A stretch of DNA of 64,000 bases from Candidatus Moraniibacteriota bacterium. Lineage in GTDB: Bacteria > Patescibacteriota > Minisyncoccia > Moranbacterales > UBA1568. Of the stretch, positions 21,571-31,550 are shown piece by piece. Position numbers and translations under genes: made by a program. Location of the stretch: positions 117,704 through 181,703 of the forward strand of contig CAVZUR010000003.1 in the NCBI GenBank assembly GCA_963778555.1. Direction: 5' to 3'. The notes beneath the pieces are model-generated. The model was given only the letters and a program-made list of their open reading frames with translations. It ran no database searches and was not told the origin of the DNA. Position 1 is the first letter of the stretch, and each line of letters starts with the position of its first letter.

Positions 21571-21681
21571 AGAGAAAGCATCTGTTTTTAGTATATATCG
21601 AAATCTCTATGCGTGACTTCTGGAAAGCGAAGGGCCGTTTGAAACACCTATGGAGCATTCCCCGTGCTAACGATAGTATGT

Positions 21682-22500
21682 CTACAACACTCCTTCTTTC
21701 CTGACCCAACTCGTATTGTTGCGGACGAAAACCTCTCGTCGAGCAATAAAGAAATCTCGCCGTTTGGGATGGGCTGCATAGCGCTCGATATGCAGCGTGC
21801 GCGATGTAGCTCGAATTATATTAAACGAATTTCCTTCCTTGCGGGTACGTGTTGATATCGCCGTACCAGCCTGGATGAGGAGTGGCCCCGCCGAGGACAA
21901 CTTGTAGGCGCGGTCACGATACCGCTCCAAGGTGTCATGAAGATGGCCAGAAAGAAAAAGGTCAACACCCATCTCATGGAGATCTTTCCAAAACCTCCGC
22001 GCTTGTGAGAGCGGGCGCTTATAATGTCCCATGGGGATATTGAACGGATGATGGGAAACAATGATTTTTATTTTTTCCGGGGGAATACTCATCAACACCC
22101 TCCGCGCTCGTTCAATCTGCTTGGCATTGACCCTACCTTCCTTCAATTTAAATATCCGGACGGTATTGATCCCGACAACGAGCATCTCATCATCCTGGTA
22201 GAGCGGCTCGAGATCATCCGAGATATGTTGGCGGTATTTCGCGTACGGCCGCGTAAAACGTGTCCAAAATGAATATAACGGGACATCGTGATTTCCTGGC
22301 ACGATGAGCATCGGATAGGGGAGTGATTGAAAGAATTTCTTCGCCTCCATGAACTGGGCCTGGGTGGCCCGCTGCGTCAGATCACCAGAAATGATGATGA
22401 GGTCAGGATGCTGATTAATGATGATTTTCTTCAGCGCATGCTCAAGTGCGGTCTCGGTCCGACCAAAATGAAGGTCGGAGATATGGACAATAGTGCGCAT
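21682..22500 (-). CDS. Metallophosphoesterase (CpdA-like)
   Basis: SDLHFG, SGDLT, GNHD and SGHLH. Confidence 0.9.
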   Translation of the reverse strand: MRTIVHISDLHFGRTETALEHALKKIIINQHPDLIIISGDLTQRATQAQFMEAKKFFQSLPYPMLIVPGNHDVPLYSFWTRFTRPYAKYRQHISDDLEPLYQDDEMLVVGINTVRIFKLKEGRVNAKQIERARRVLMSIPPEKIKIIVSHHPFNIPMGHYKRPLSQARRFWKDLHEMGVDLFLSGHLHDTLERYRDRAYKLSSAGPLLIQAGTAISTRTRKEGNSFNIIRATSRTLHIERYAAHPKRRDFFIARREVFVRNNTSWVRKEGVL

Positions 22501-22671
22501 AAACTATTTCTGACAAAGTCTCGTCCGATACATAGACTGTAGCATGGGCAAAAAAGAGGTCTCTCGGACCTTTTGCTCTCGCAGTTATCTCTCATCAGTC
22601 AGACTTTCCCGTTCCCCTCTCATCACCTCCTAAGTAATCAAAAACTCCCGCGAGGGGAGTCTTGATTGCCA

Positions 22672-22885
22672 GTGAGCGGGTAACGGGAGAATCTCACTCG
22701 CTTCGCTCTTTGAGAACCCCTCGGTTCTCAACGCTCCCATTCGACTTTTCTCATGGTCACTACTCTCCGCCACAGGAAAACTCCCGTTTTCCCGACCCCT
22801 TTCCCGTTCTCCTCCCGTTCCCCAGAAAAAACCAAAAGACCCAGGGGATCTGGATCTTTTGGTTCTTGTGAGCGGGTAACGGGAG
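22672..22885 (-). repeat. ~180-bp element bounded by an 18-bp direct repeat of the tRNA-Gly 3' end
   Basis: GTGAGCGGGTAACGGGAG at 22672-22689 and 22868-22885. Confidence 0.8.
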
Positions 22886-22942
22886 TCGAACCCGTATCTT
22901 GACCTTGGCAAGGTCACATAATAGCCGCTATACGATACCCGC
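22871..22942 (-). tRNA. tRNA-Gly(GCC)
   Basis: GCGGGTA/TACCCGC acceptor; TGACC-TTGCCAA-GGTCA. Confidence 0.96.
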
Positions 22943-22965
22943 GGATCTGATTTTCAACTTGCCTG

Positions 22966-23038
22966 TGGGTCCGGATGGACTCGAACCATCGACCAAGCGG
23001 TTATGAGCCGCCTGCTCTAACCGCTGAGCTACGGACCC
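22966..23038 (-). tRNA. tRNA with CAT anticodon, probably Ile2 (lysidine type)
   Basis: GGCGG-CTCATAA-CCGCT; G1-C72 paired, no initiator GGG/CCC; resembles ileX-type tRNAs. Confidence 0.9.
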
Positions 23039-23067
23039 GAGAGAGGCGCGATAGGGCGAAAACCCTG

Positions 23068-23139
23068 TGCCGGGGGGCAGAATTGAACTGCCGACGCAAG
23101 GATTTTCAGTCCTTCGCTCTACCACTGAGCTACCCCGGC
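23068..23139 (-). tRNA. tRNA-Phe(GAA)
   Basis: GCCGGGG acceptor; AAGGA-CTGAAAA-TCCTT. Confidence 0.96.
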
Positions 23140-23294
23140 GAAACATCTCCCATTATCCCGGACTGGCTGAAAAAAGCAACCTTCAGACGGTTCCGGGGAC
23201 CACGCAGCGGTGGGTAGTGAAGCACACCTATCTAACTGTCAACAAATAGGGAACTTTTGACTCTCTCTACTTGCCCCGAACCAAAATGGAACCG

Positions 23295-23368
23295 TGGACG
23301 ATGCTGGACTCGAACCCGCGACCCTCTCGGTGTAAACGAGATGCTCTAACCAACTGAGCTAATCGTCC
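23295..23368 (-). tRNA. tRNA-Val(TAC)
   Basis: GGACGAT/ATCGTCC; TCTCG-TTTACAC-CGAGA; one T-stem mismatch. Confidence 0.93.
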
Positions 23369-23466
23369 GGGCGCTCTATGACGAGACCAAACTACCCCCG
23401 ACTGTTCCATGGTACCTAGGTCGCTATAAAAAAGAAAGCTGGCTCAAGACCAGCTTCATTCCTTTG

Positions 23467-23550
23467 TGCCCAAGAGAGGACTCGAACCTCCAATCCCTTG
23501 CGGGAACTAGCACCTCAAGCTAGCGCGTATACCAATTCCGCCACCTGGGC
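23467..23550 (-). tRNA. tRNA-Leu(GAG)
   Basis: CTAGC-TTGAGGT-GCTAG; long variable arm. Confidence 0.95.
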
Positions 23551-23573
23551 ATCTCCGACGCGAGAACCGAAAC

Positions 23574-24044
23574 TTACTCCTTCTCGGTCTTCGCTTCTGC
23601 CTTGGCTTCCTCAGCCTTGACCTTCGCCGCTGCCTTCACTTCCTTCACGATGTCTTTCACATCAACGCCCGACTTGCCGATTTCAAATGGCACTTCCTTC
23701 AGTTTCTTACCGATAACTCGGGCCGACTTGGTGCGGACGAAATACAGTTTACCACGCCGAGCCTTGGTCCGCTTCATGATTTCAATGGACTCCACCTGTG
23801 CGGCCAAAAGAGGAAATACAATCTCTACGCCGATACCTGATGACACCTTGCGTACCGTCACCATCGGACTTGAGCTCTGTCCACCCTTGATCGCAATAAC
23901 CATACCCTGAAACATCTGGATGCGGGTTTTTTCGCCTTCTTTGATCTTGCGGCGAACTTTCACCACGTCTCCCGCCTGAAGAGCTGGCAGATCAGTACGG
24001 ACGGCACGGAGAGTTTTATTGAATTCAACGAGTTTCTGGTGCAT
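23574..24044 (-). CDS. rplS: 50S ribosomal protein L19
   Basis: GDVVKV..KIKEGEKTRIQMFQG..VRKVSSGIGVE..RRGKLYF. Confidence 0.97.
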   Translation of the reverse strand: MHQKLVEFNKTLRAVRTDLPALQAGDVVKVRRKIKEGEKTRIQMFQGMVIAIKGGQSSSPMVTVRKVSSGIGVEIVFPLLAAQVESIEIMKRTKARRGKLYFVRTKSARVIGKKLKEVPFEIGKSGVDVKDIVKEVKAAAKVKAEEAKAEAKTEKE

Positions 24045-24126
24045 AGCAGTTGGGTTCGCCTGAATTAAACCGATGTCGGAAATACGAATAAAAAGAAGCC
24101 TTCTATTACACTCAGCGAAGGCTTAC

Positions 24127-25104
24127 TCAAGCGCTCCAATCATAGCTTCTCCCCGCTTCGGAGTCAAGCATTTTCAAAGTATCGGAAAAGTATCTTGGAA
24201 GAGGCGCAGAATAGCGGTATTTTTTCCGCCCTAATTGGAAGCGGAGCTCACTGGCATGAAGCAACTGGAAGGGTGGCTGTAGTGGATCTTGGCGATGTTC
24301 CTTATAGCGGTAGAGGCGGTCCCCGACAATCGGATGGCCAATCGCCGCTAAATGGACTCGAATCTGATGGGTTCTCCCGGTTTTTGGCTTAATTGAAAGA
24401 AAATCATACCCTGTATAACGCGTGTCTAAGACGTATTCAGTCACCGCATCACGCAAAGCGCCTGCAAACTCCCTTTTCCCGGCCGGAACCGCGCGCTTCT
24501 TTTCCCCCTTTATTCGACCAATAGCTGTGTCAATGACACCCGTAGGATGACTCAGCTTCCCATAAACTAATGCTTGATAGGTCTTTTGGATCTTTCTTTC
24601 CTGAAAAAGCTTCTTTAAAGCCAAAAATGACTTATTTGTTTTAGCAATGAGGACGAGTCCTGAAGTATCCTTATCCAGTCGATGAACCATACCCGGACGG
24701 TTGGCGTCCTCACCAATCCCGATTATCTGTGGATAAGTGGTGGATATCCAGTCAGAAACGGTCTTTTGACGCGAATTCCCGGCCGAATGCATCGCAATGC
24801 CCGCTGGTTTGAACAGTACCAGAAAGGCGTCGGTTTCAAACATGACCTTGGGGAGAGGGGAAATCACTTGCTCCATGAGCGTTTTCTTCTGTTTCTCAGA
24901 AACTCCCTTGAGATGCACCCTCATTCCTGGTTTCAGACGCAGCCCTGCTCGAACCAGCACTTTGCCATCAAGCGCCACGGCTCCCGATGAAATGAGTGCC
25001 TGTGCCGCTGGACGCGTCAACTCCGGCCGAGTCTCCATGAGAAAACGATCGAGCCGAGAGCCGTTATGTTTTTCCTTGACGAAGAGTATAATCAGTTGCT
25101 TCAT
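24127..25104 (-). CDS. RluA/RluD-family pseudouridine synthase with S4 domain
   Basis: RLDRFL, HRLDKDTSG and TGRTHQIRVH. Confidence 0.95.
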   Translation of the reverse strand: MKQLIILFVKEKHNGSRLDRFLMETRPELTRPAAQALISSGAVALDGKVLVRAGLRLKPGMRVHLKGVSEKQKKTLMEQVISPLPKVMFETDAFLVLFKPAGIAMHSAGNSRQKTVSDWISTTYPQIIGIGEDANRPGMVHRLDKDTSGLVLIAKTNKSFLALKKLFQERKIQKTYQALVYGKLSHPTGVIDTAIGRIKGEKKRAVPAGKREFAGALRDAVTEYVLDTRYTGYDFLSIKPKTGRTHQIRVHLAAIGHPIVGDRLYRYKEHRQDPLQPPFQLLHASELRFQLGRKKYRYSAPLPRYFSDTLKMLDSEAGRSYDWSA

Positions 25105-25409
25105 AGTGTCTTCCTTCTTAACCACTCCTTACCTAACAGCTCGCCCTTCAAACTTGTCCCCGTGTTATACCTATCAACTAGGCTCCTAGCATGCCATCCC
25201 TGTCCGTGAGTGTCAATGCCTCTTGTACTTCATTATTCGCGATAAATACCATGGGTTGTATTAATTCTGGCTCATAACCGTCCAGGGAGGCAATTAAGGC
25301 GCGATAGACGCCCGAGTTGACACTCGCATTTGACCTCTCTATCATGGTTAGGCGTCTCCTAATTTTCGAGGTCGCGAAACACAATTTTTTACTCATTTTA
25401 TCCAACACT

Positions 25410-26057
25410 ATGGACCAACAAGAGGGGTGCTGCGGGGGTGGGTGCTGCGATCAAGCAGGGGCGGATGGTCTGGGATATTTCCCGGTCATTGGAAGCACCG
25501 TGCCGAATCTCGAATTCGATTATTATCACCAGGAGGGATTTCATCACTCGCATTTCTCCGATCACCGTGGGAAGTGGGTTATCGTATTCTTCTACCCAGG
25601 CGACTTCACTTTCATTTGTCCGACCGAGCTTCAGGAGCTGGCGGCCAGTTATGAAAAGTTAAAGGCGCTCGGAGCGGAGGTACTGTCGGTAAGTACGGAC
25701 TCCAAACATGTCCATAAAGCGTGGCATGACCAATCCGTTGCGGTAAAGAATGTGAATTTCCCTATGCTCGCTGATCCGTCCGGCGATATCTCGGATGCGT
25801 TCGGTGTGCTCATTCGCGATACTAAGAGCGAGGACTATGGACGAGCGCTGCGTGGCTCATTCATCATCGATCCGGATGGCGTACTGCAGGCCTATGAGGT
25901 CCATGCCAACAATGTCGGCCGTTCTGCTGATGAACTCCTCCGGAAGCTGGAGGCCTGTATTTTTGTCCGTGAACACGGCGGCGAGGTCTGTCCCGCCAAC
26001 TGGAAAAAAGGTGGCAAGACGTTGAAGCCAGGCATCGACCTCGTCGGAAAAATCTAA
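25410..26057 (+). CDS. ahpC: 2-Cys peroxiredoxin (AhpC)
   Basis: FYPGDFTFICPTE and GEVCPANW; N-terminal CCGGGCC extension. Confidence 0.93.
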   Translation: MDQQEGCCGGGCCDQAGADGLGYFPVIGSTVPNLEFDYYHQEGFHHSHFSDHRGKWVIVFFYPGDFTFICPTELQELAASYEKLKALGAEVLSVSTDSKHVHKAWHDQSVAVKNVNFPMLADPSGDISDAFGVLIRDTKSEDYGRALRGSFIIDPDGVLQAYEVHANNVGRSADELLRKLEACIFVREHGGEVCPANWKKGGKTLKPGIDLVGKI

Positions 26058-26066
26058 ACCAACCCT

Positions 26067-26648
26067 ATGCCGTATAGCGCAAAAAACTATTCACCTCTGA
26101 TCGGACTCGCTGGTTTCTCGGATACGCTTCTCACTAATCACTTCGCGCTCTACGAAGGCTACGTGAAAAACACGAACGCCCTCTCCGACAAGTTGAAGGC
26201 ACTCGCTGAAAAGGGAGAATTCGCCGCGCCAGAATTCGCTGAATTTAAACGCCGCTTCGGTTGGGAATGGAACGGGATGCGCATGCATGAACTCTATTTC
26301 GGCAACCTGTCGAAAGAAGCAGCGCCCCTCTCGAACGGAGTTCTCAAAGAAAATCTCGTTACCGCGTACGGCAGCATCGAGAATTGGGAGAAGAATTTTA
26401 TTGGCACCGGGTCAATGCGCGGAATCGGCTGGGTCGTCCTCGCACACGATGCGGAAACTGGGAAACTCTATAATGTCTGGGTGAATGAACACGATATGGG
26501 CCATCTGGTCGGTACCAAGCCCCTTTTGGTAATGGACGTCTTTGAGCATGCATTCATGATCGACTATGGTCTGAAGCGCGCTGAGTATATCGCCGCTTTC
26601 ATGAAGGCGATTGATTGGTCCGTTATCGAAACGCGTTTTGCCGCCTAG
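26067..26648 (+). CDS. Fe/Mn superoxide dismutase family protein
   Basis: HFALYEGYV, HELYF and DVFEHAF. Confidence 0.92.
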   Translation: MPYSAKNYSPLIGLAGFSDTLLTNHFALYEGYVKNTNALSDKLKALAEKGEFAAPEFAEFKRRFGWEWNGMRMHELYFGNLSKEAAPLSNGVLKENLVTAYGSIENWEKNFIGTGSMRGIGWVVLAHDAETGKLYNVWVNEHDMGHLVGTKPLLVMDVFEHAFMIDYGLKRAEYIAAFMKAIDWSVIETRFAA

Positions 26649-26729
26649 TCGCCCCTCTCGCAACCAATTCATTCTTAAATCCTTGAGCCGACGCCACTCC
26701 ACCGCGGGTCGCCGCTCGCTCCGAACCGT

Positions 26730-29609
26730 ATGCCTTCCTCTATCGAAAAAATCCAGAAACGAAACGGTGTCATCGTTGATTTCGAACCAGGCAAGATCGG
26801 TATAGCGATTCGCAAAGCCTTCCTCGCCGTCACCGGAAGCGTTTCCGATGAACGCGTCAAAGACATCGCGGAGGCGGTCGTCACCGGGCTGTCCGCGCTC
26901 AATACCGGCGCCCAAGTCGCGACTGTCGAACAAGTGCAGGACCTCGTCGAAAAGGAGATCATGAAAGCTGGATTCTTTGATGTCGCCAAGGCTTATATCC
27001 TCTATCGTTATGAGCACGCCAAGGAGCGCGAAGAAGAGAAGAAGGTCGTAGAGAAAAAGATCGAAGAGAACCAATTGAAAGTAAAGAAGCGCAATGGAAC
27101 GCTTGAGGTATTCTCGGAAGAGAAACTCCGCACTTCCTTTGTGAAAGCCGCGGGCGATCTTGCGGATAGCGTCGACGTCGAGACAATCATCGCCCAAGTT
27201 CGCTCCGAGATGTACGACGGCATCGAAACTAAAGATGTCGCACGCGCGCTCATCTGGACGGTCCGTGCAATCATCGAGCAGGACAATGTTTATTCACACC
27301 TCGCCTCGCGCCTCCTCCTCACTCGAGTGTACAAAGAGGTCATCGGACCCGACGAAATCAATTATCAAAAACTGGACGCTCAGTACCGTGAAGCGTTCGT
27401 CAAGAATCTCCGTCGGGCTGTCGAGTTCGAAAAGATCGACTCCGCACTCCTTGACTTCGACCTCTCTGCTTTAGCCGACGCGCTCAAGCCGGAACGCGAC
27501 GACTTGTTCCGCTATCTCGGTACGCAGACCCTGCATGACCGCTACTTCATCCAGGAGCCCCGAACAAAACGTGCGCTCGAAGCGCCGCAGATGATGTGGA
27601 TGCGCATCGCAATGGGCATGGCGCTCATGGAACGGAACCGGACAGAACGCGTCATCGAGTTCTACAACGTCATGTCGAGCTTACGTTTCGTGCCATCCTC
27701 GCCGACCCTCTTTCACGCCGGCACGCGCCATCCACAGCTCTCCAGCTGCTATCTCAACACTGTGAAGGATTCGCTCGATCACATCTTCAAGGTCTACAGC
27801 GACAACGCCCAGTTGTCCAAGTGGGCCGGCGGCATCGGTACCGACTGGTCATACCTCCGCGCTACCGGCGGCTATATCAAGGGCCCGGGGATCGAGAGCC
27901 AAGGCGTCATCCCATTCCTAAAAATCGCAAATGACGTCACCGTCGCCATCAACCGCTCAGGCCGTCGTCGGGGCGCCACCTGCGTCTACCTTGAAACCTG
28001 GCATGCCGATATCGAGGATTTCCTCGAACTCCGAAAAAATACCGGCGATGAGCGGCGGCGCACCCACGATATGGATACCGCCAACTGGATTCCCGACCTC
28101 TTCATGAAGCGGGTCCAGGCTGACGCCGACTGGACGCTGTTCTCACCCGAAGAAGTACCCGATCTCCACGATTTGTACGGCTCCGCATTCGAGAAACGCT
28201 ACATAGAGTATGAAGAAATGGCCAAGGCGCCAGGCCGTTTCCATATCGCCCGCACTATGAAGGCCCGCGACTTGTGGCGAAAAATGCTCGCAATGCTTTT
28301 TGAAACCGGCCACCCCTGGGTCACCTGGAAGGATCCGTCCAATGTCCGTTCGCCCCAGGATCATGTTGGTGTCGTCCACAATTCCAATCTCTGTACCGAA
28401 ATCACGCTCAATACATCCGAGCACGAGACGGCCGTCTGCAACCTGGGTTCCATCAATCTTGCGGTCCACATGAAAGACGGCGCTTTGGACGAAGCGAAAG
28501 TTCGCGAGACCGTTACGATCGCGATGCGCATGCTCGACAATGTCATTGACGTGAATTTCTACCCGACGATTGAGGCGAAGAACTCCAATATGCGCCATCG
28601 GCCCGTCGGCTTGGGGCTCATGGGCTTCCAAGACGCACTCTATCTGATGAATGTGAATTTCGATTCTGAGGCCTGTGTGCAATTCGCGGATACCTCGATG
28701 GAATTCATCAGCTATCACGCGCTCCTCGCTTCGACCGAGCTGGCTAAGGAACGCGGCGCCTATGCTTCGTTCAAGGGATCTAAATGGGACCGTGGCCTTC
28801 TCCCGGTCGACACGATCGCGCTTCTGGAGAAGGAGCGGGGGCAAAGCATCGATGTGGATCGCACGGAGCGCCTCGATTGGTCAATTGTGCGAACAGCCAT
28901 CACAGCGAATGGCATGCGCAATTCGAATTGCCTGGCCCTTGCGCCGACCGCGACCATATCGAACATCGCCGGCTGCGTCCCGACTATCGAGCCGATCTAT
29001 AAAAACATCTACGTGAAGTCGAACGTGTCCGGGGATTTCATCGTCATTAATCCCTACTTAGTCGACGAGCTCAAGAGCCTCAACCTCTGGGACTACGAGA
29101 TGGTCGGCAAGATCAAATACAATGATGGCTCTATCCAGAACATCACCGAGATTCCTGAAAAAGTCAGAGCGAAATACAAAGAGGTTTTTGAGATCGATCC
29201 ACGCTGGCTCATTCGCTCCGCCGCCTACCGCGGCAAATGGATCGACCAGAGCCAGTCCCTGAATATTTATTTCACCGGAACCTCAGGCAAGCAGCTCTCG
29301 GAAGTCTATCTCTACGCCTGGGCACTCGGACTGAAGACCACCTATTACCTCCGCACCCTCTCCGCTTCGCAAGTCGAAAAATCAACCGTTGACACGGCCA
29401 CCTACGGCTCCACCCACAAGCGCAGTGCCTCGACGACCGGCGGACGACCCGAGGGAACCGAGGAACAGCCGATAGAATCGCCGAAAAGCGCTCCGACCCA
29501 AACCCCACGGCAAGTCGTCCAGGCTCCCGTTAAGATCGTCAGCGCCCCGCCGGAGGGCCAACCGAAACTCTGCCGCATCGATGATCCGACCTGCGAATCC
29601 TGCCAATAA
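26730..29609 (+). CDS. nrdA: Class I ribonucleotide reductase alpha subunit with two ATP-cones
   Basis: IQKRNG and VKKRNG cones; SSCY, SNLCTE, APTATIS, KTTYYLR; C-terminal CESCQ. Confidence 0.97.
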   Translation: MPSSIEKIQKRNGVIVDFEPGKIGIAIRKAFLAVTGSVSDERVKDIAEAVVTGLSALNTGAQVATVEQVQDLVEKEIMKAGFFDVAKAYILYRYEHAKEREEEKKVVEKKIEENQLKVKKRNGTLEVFSEEKLRTSFVKAAGDLADSVDVETIIAQVRSEMYDGIETKDVARALIWTVRAIIEQDNVYSHLASRLLLTRVYKEVIGPDEINYQKLDAQYREAFVKNLRRAVEFEKIDSALLDFDLSALADALKPERDDLFRYLGTQTLHDRYFIQEPRTKRALEAPQMMWMRIAMGMALMERNRTERVIEFYNVMSSLRFVPSSPTLFHAGTRHPQLSSCYLNTVKDSLDHIFKVYSDNAQLSKWAGGIGTDWSYLRATGGYIKGPGIESQGVIPFLKIANDVTVAINRSGRRRGATCVYLETWHADIEDFLELRKNTGDERRRTHDMDTANWIPDLFMKRVQADADWTLFSPEEVPDLHDLYGSAFEKRYIEYEEMAKAPGRFHIARTMKARDLWRKMLAMLFETGHPWVTWKDPSNVRSPQDHVGVVHNSNLCTEITLNTSEHETAVCNLGSINLAVHMKDGALDEAKVRETVTIAMRMLDNVIDVNFYPTIEAKNSNMRHRPVGLGLMGFQDALYLMNVNFDSEACVQFADTSMEFISYHALLASTELAKERGAYASFKGSKWDRGLLPVDTIALLEKERGQSIDVDRTERLDWSIVRTAITANGMRNSNCLALAPTATISNIAGCVPTIEPIYKNIYVKSNVSGDFIVINPYLVDELKSLNLWDYEMVGKIKYNDGSIQNITEIPEKVRAKYKEVFEIDPRWLIRSAAYRGKWIDQSQSLNIYFTGTSGKQLSEVYLYAWALGLKTTYYLRTLSASQVEKSTVDTATYGSTHKRSASTTGGRPEGTEEQPIESPKSAPTQTPRQVVQAPVKIVSAPPEGQPKLCRIDDPTCESCQ

Positions 29610-29652
29610 CCCCTTCCGACTCAGGACCGTCCATCCGCCGTAAAAGAAACAT

Positions 29653-30687
29653 ATGCCCATCAAGTTCACTACCGAACGTGTCGACATCAACCAACGCCGC
29701 ATCATCAATGGCGCAGACGCGGACGTCATTCAGCTCTATCCCATGAAGCATCACTTCGCGTGGGAAGCTTACAATGTCGGTAACGCGAACCACTGGCTCC
29801 CGACTGAAATCAGCATGCAGCTCGACATCGAACAATGGAAATCAAATCGCGTGCTCTCGGATGACGAGAGAAAAGCACTAAAGACGGTTCTCGGTTTTTT
29901 CTCAACTGCTGATTCAATCGCAGCCAACAATGTCGCCCTGGCCTTCTACAAACACATCACCTCACCCGAGTGCCGGCTCTACATCCTCCGCCAGGCCTAC
30001 GAGGAGGCGATTCATACCCACGCCTATCAATACATCGTGGAGAGTCTCGGACTCGATGAAGGCGAGATTTTCAATATGTACCGCGAGGTTGAGTCGATCC
30101 ACCGGAAAGATTCCTTTATCCTCCGCTTCAATGAAGGGATTTTCGATCCGAATTTCAAAACCGGCACGTTTGAAAATGACCAGAAATTCTTGGAGAATAT
30201 CGCCGTCTTCTCGCTCATCATGGAAGGCATCTTTTTCTACAGCTCTTTCGCGGTTATGTTCGGCTTCCAGCGGCAGAAGAAAATGACCGGGTCCGCCGAG
30301 CAGATTCAGTACATCATGCGCGATGAAAGTCAGCATCTCAATTTCGGCATCAATCTCATCAACACCATCAAAGAGGAGCAGCCCGAATTGTGGACACCCG
30401 AGTTCCAGCAGCATCTCGTCGACCTCGTGAAAGAAGCTACGGAGATGGAATACACTTTCGCCCGGGAAGTCTTTCCCACCGGCATCTTTGGGATGAACGC
30501 TGATAATTTCAAGCAGTACATCGAGCATATCGCTGATCGCCGCTTGGAACGTATTGGACTCCCAGTCCAATACCAGGTCGCCAATCCGTTTCCCTGGATG
30601 TCGGAGGCGGTTGACCTGTCCAAGGAAAAGAACTTCTTCGAAACGCGCGTGACCGAGTATCAGGTCGGCGGGACACTGAACTGGTAG
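29653..30687 (+). CDS. nrdB: Class I ribonucleotide reductase beta subunit
   Basis: EEAIHTHAY, EGIFFY, RDESQH and NFFETRVTEY. Confidence 0.97.
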   Translation: MPIKFTTERVDINQRRIINGADADVIQLYPMKHHFAWEAYNVGNANHWLPTEISMQLDIEQWKSNRVLSDDERKALKTVLGFFSTADSIAANNVALAFYKHITSPECRLYILRQAYEEAIHTHAYQYIVESLGLDEGEIFNMYREVESIHRKDSFILRFNEGIFDPNFKTGTFENDQKFLENIAVFSLIMEGIFFYSSFAVMFGFQRQKKMTGSAEQIQYIMRDESQHLNFGINLINTIKEEQPELWTPEFQQHLVDLVKEATEMEYTFAREVFPTGIFGMNADNFKQYIEHIADRRLERIGLPVQYQVANPFPWMSEAVDLSKEKNFFETRVTEYQVGGTLNW

Positions 30688-30785
30688 TCTCCTCCTTCCG
30701 AGCAAAGTGAAATTCTCGCCCGTGACTCGCTGGGTTTTGCTCGGCTCAAGAAAAAAGCGTGTATACTGGGAGAGCAAAGAAAACT

Positions 30786-31550
30786 ATGAGTCAACACCTC
30801 AGTGCTTCCATTCTCGTGGTCGTCGGGATGATTTCGGTCGGGTTCGCGACCCCCGTCCAAGCGATGCACGATGGCCTGCTACACGAATACACTCAAGCCG
30901 CTTGCCAAGCTGAAACCGGCACCTGCAAACCTGGGGGCAATTCGTGCTTAGTGGGGCCTCAAGGAGAGGATTTGCTTGGATATTGTGATGGGCCAACCAA
31001 TGCCGTGAGCTGCTGTAAGCTCAAACCCACCGCCACCGCTCCCAATACGCAATTCAACTGTACTAATGTTCTGAGAGGAACCTGCAAGCTCGTCTCAGTC
31101 GGCTGTGGCGCCGGTATCACTCCCTTGGCTCCAGGGTCGAGCTGCGGCGTCGATGCGGCAGGAATCGGCCGCATCTGCTGCCCCATACCCGCGCCCGTCA
31201 CCGCTCCCACCCAAGTCACCGGCCCCAACCTGGGGAATTATCAGCTCCTGGAGCAGATTCCCGGCTCGACGAATACAGTCGGCAGCCTCAAGACCTATCT
31301 CGAGGATATGTATCGCTTCGCGTTCTGGACGGTTGGGATCGCGGTCGTTCTCATGCTCACAGTTGGCGGCTTCATGTATATGACGTCGGCAGGCAATACT
31401 TCGCGCATGTCGACAGCTAAAACGGTGATCTTCGATGCTATCCTCGGCCTCATTCTCGCACTCATGGCCTGGCTCTTCTTGTACGTCATCAACCCTGATT
31501 TGGTCAATCTCACGTTACCGACGGGGGTGACGGTGACGCCGGGAACTTAG
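30786..31550 (+). CDS. CPR-type (TrbC/VirB2-like) pilin with two N-terminal Cys-rich modules
   Basis: Signal peptide; GGFMYMTSAGN..AK..I.DAILGL..INPDL pilin pattern. Confidence 0.8.
   Translation: MSQHLSASILVVVGMISVGFATPVQAMHDGLLHEYTQAACQAETGTCKPGGNSCLVGPQGEDLLGYCDGPTNAVSCCKLKPTATAPNTQFNCTNVLRGTCKLVSVGCGAGITPLAPGSSCGVDAAGIGRICCPIPAPVTAPTQVTGPNLGNYQLLEQIPGSTNTVGSLKTYLEDMYRFAFWTVGIAVVLMLTVGGFMYMTSAGNTSRMSTAKTVIFDAILGLILALMAWLFLYVINPDLVNLTLPTGVTVTPGT

Noticed and set aside
22630-23249. Short ORFs over the tRNA cluster
   Set aside because: They overlap tRNA genes and the structured element and are not credible proteins.
24729-24737. Perfect DnaA box inside the pseudouridine synthase gene
   Set aside because: An isolated 9-mer in coding sequence is compatible with chance.
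25178-25408. 76-aa ORF and a weak GACCTC..GAGGTC hairpin upstream of ahpC
   Set aside because: There are no recognisable motifs and not enough support for a gene or riboswitch.
29653-30687. NrdB as class Ic (Mn/Fe) type
   Set aside because: It retains the radical Tyr and Asp ligand.
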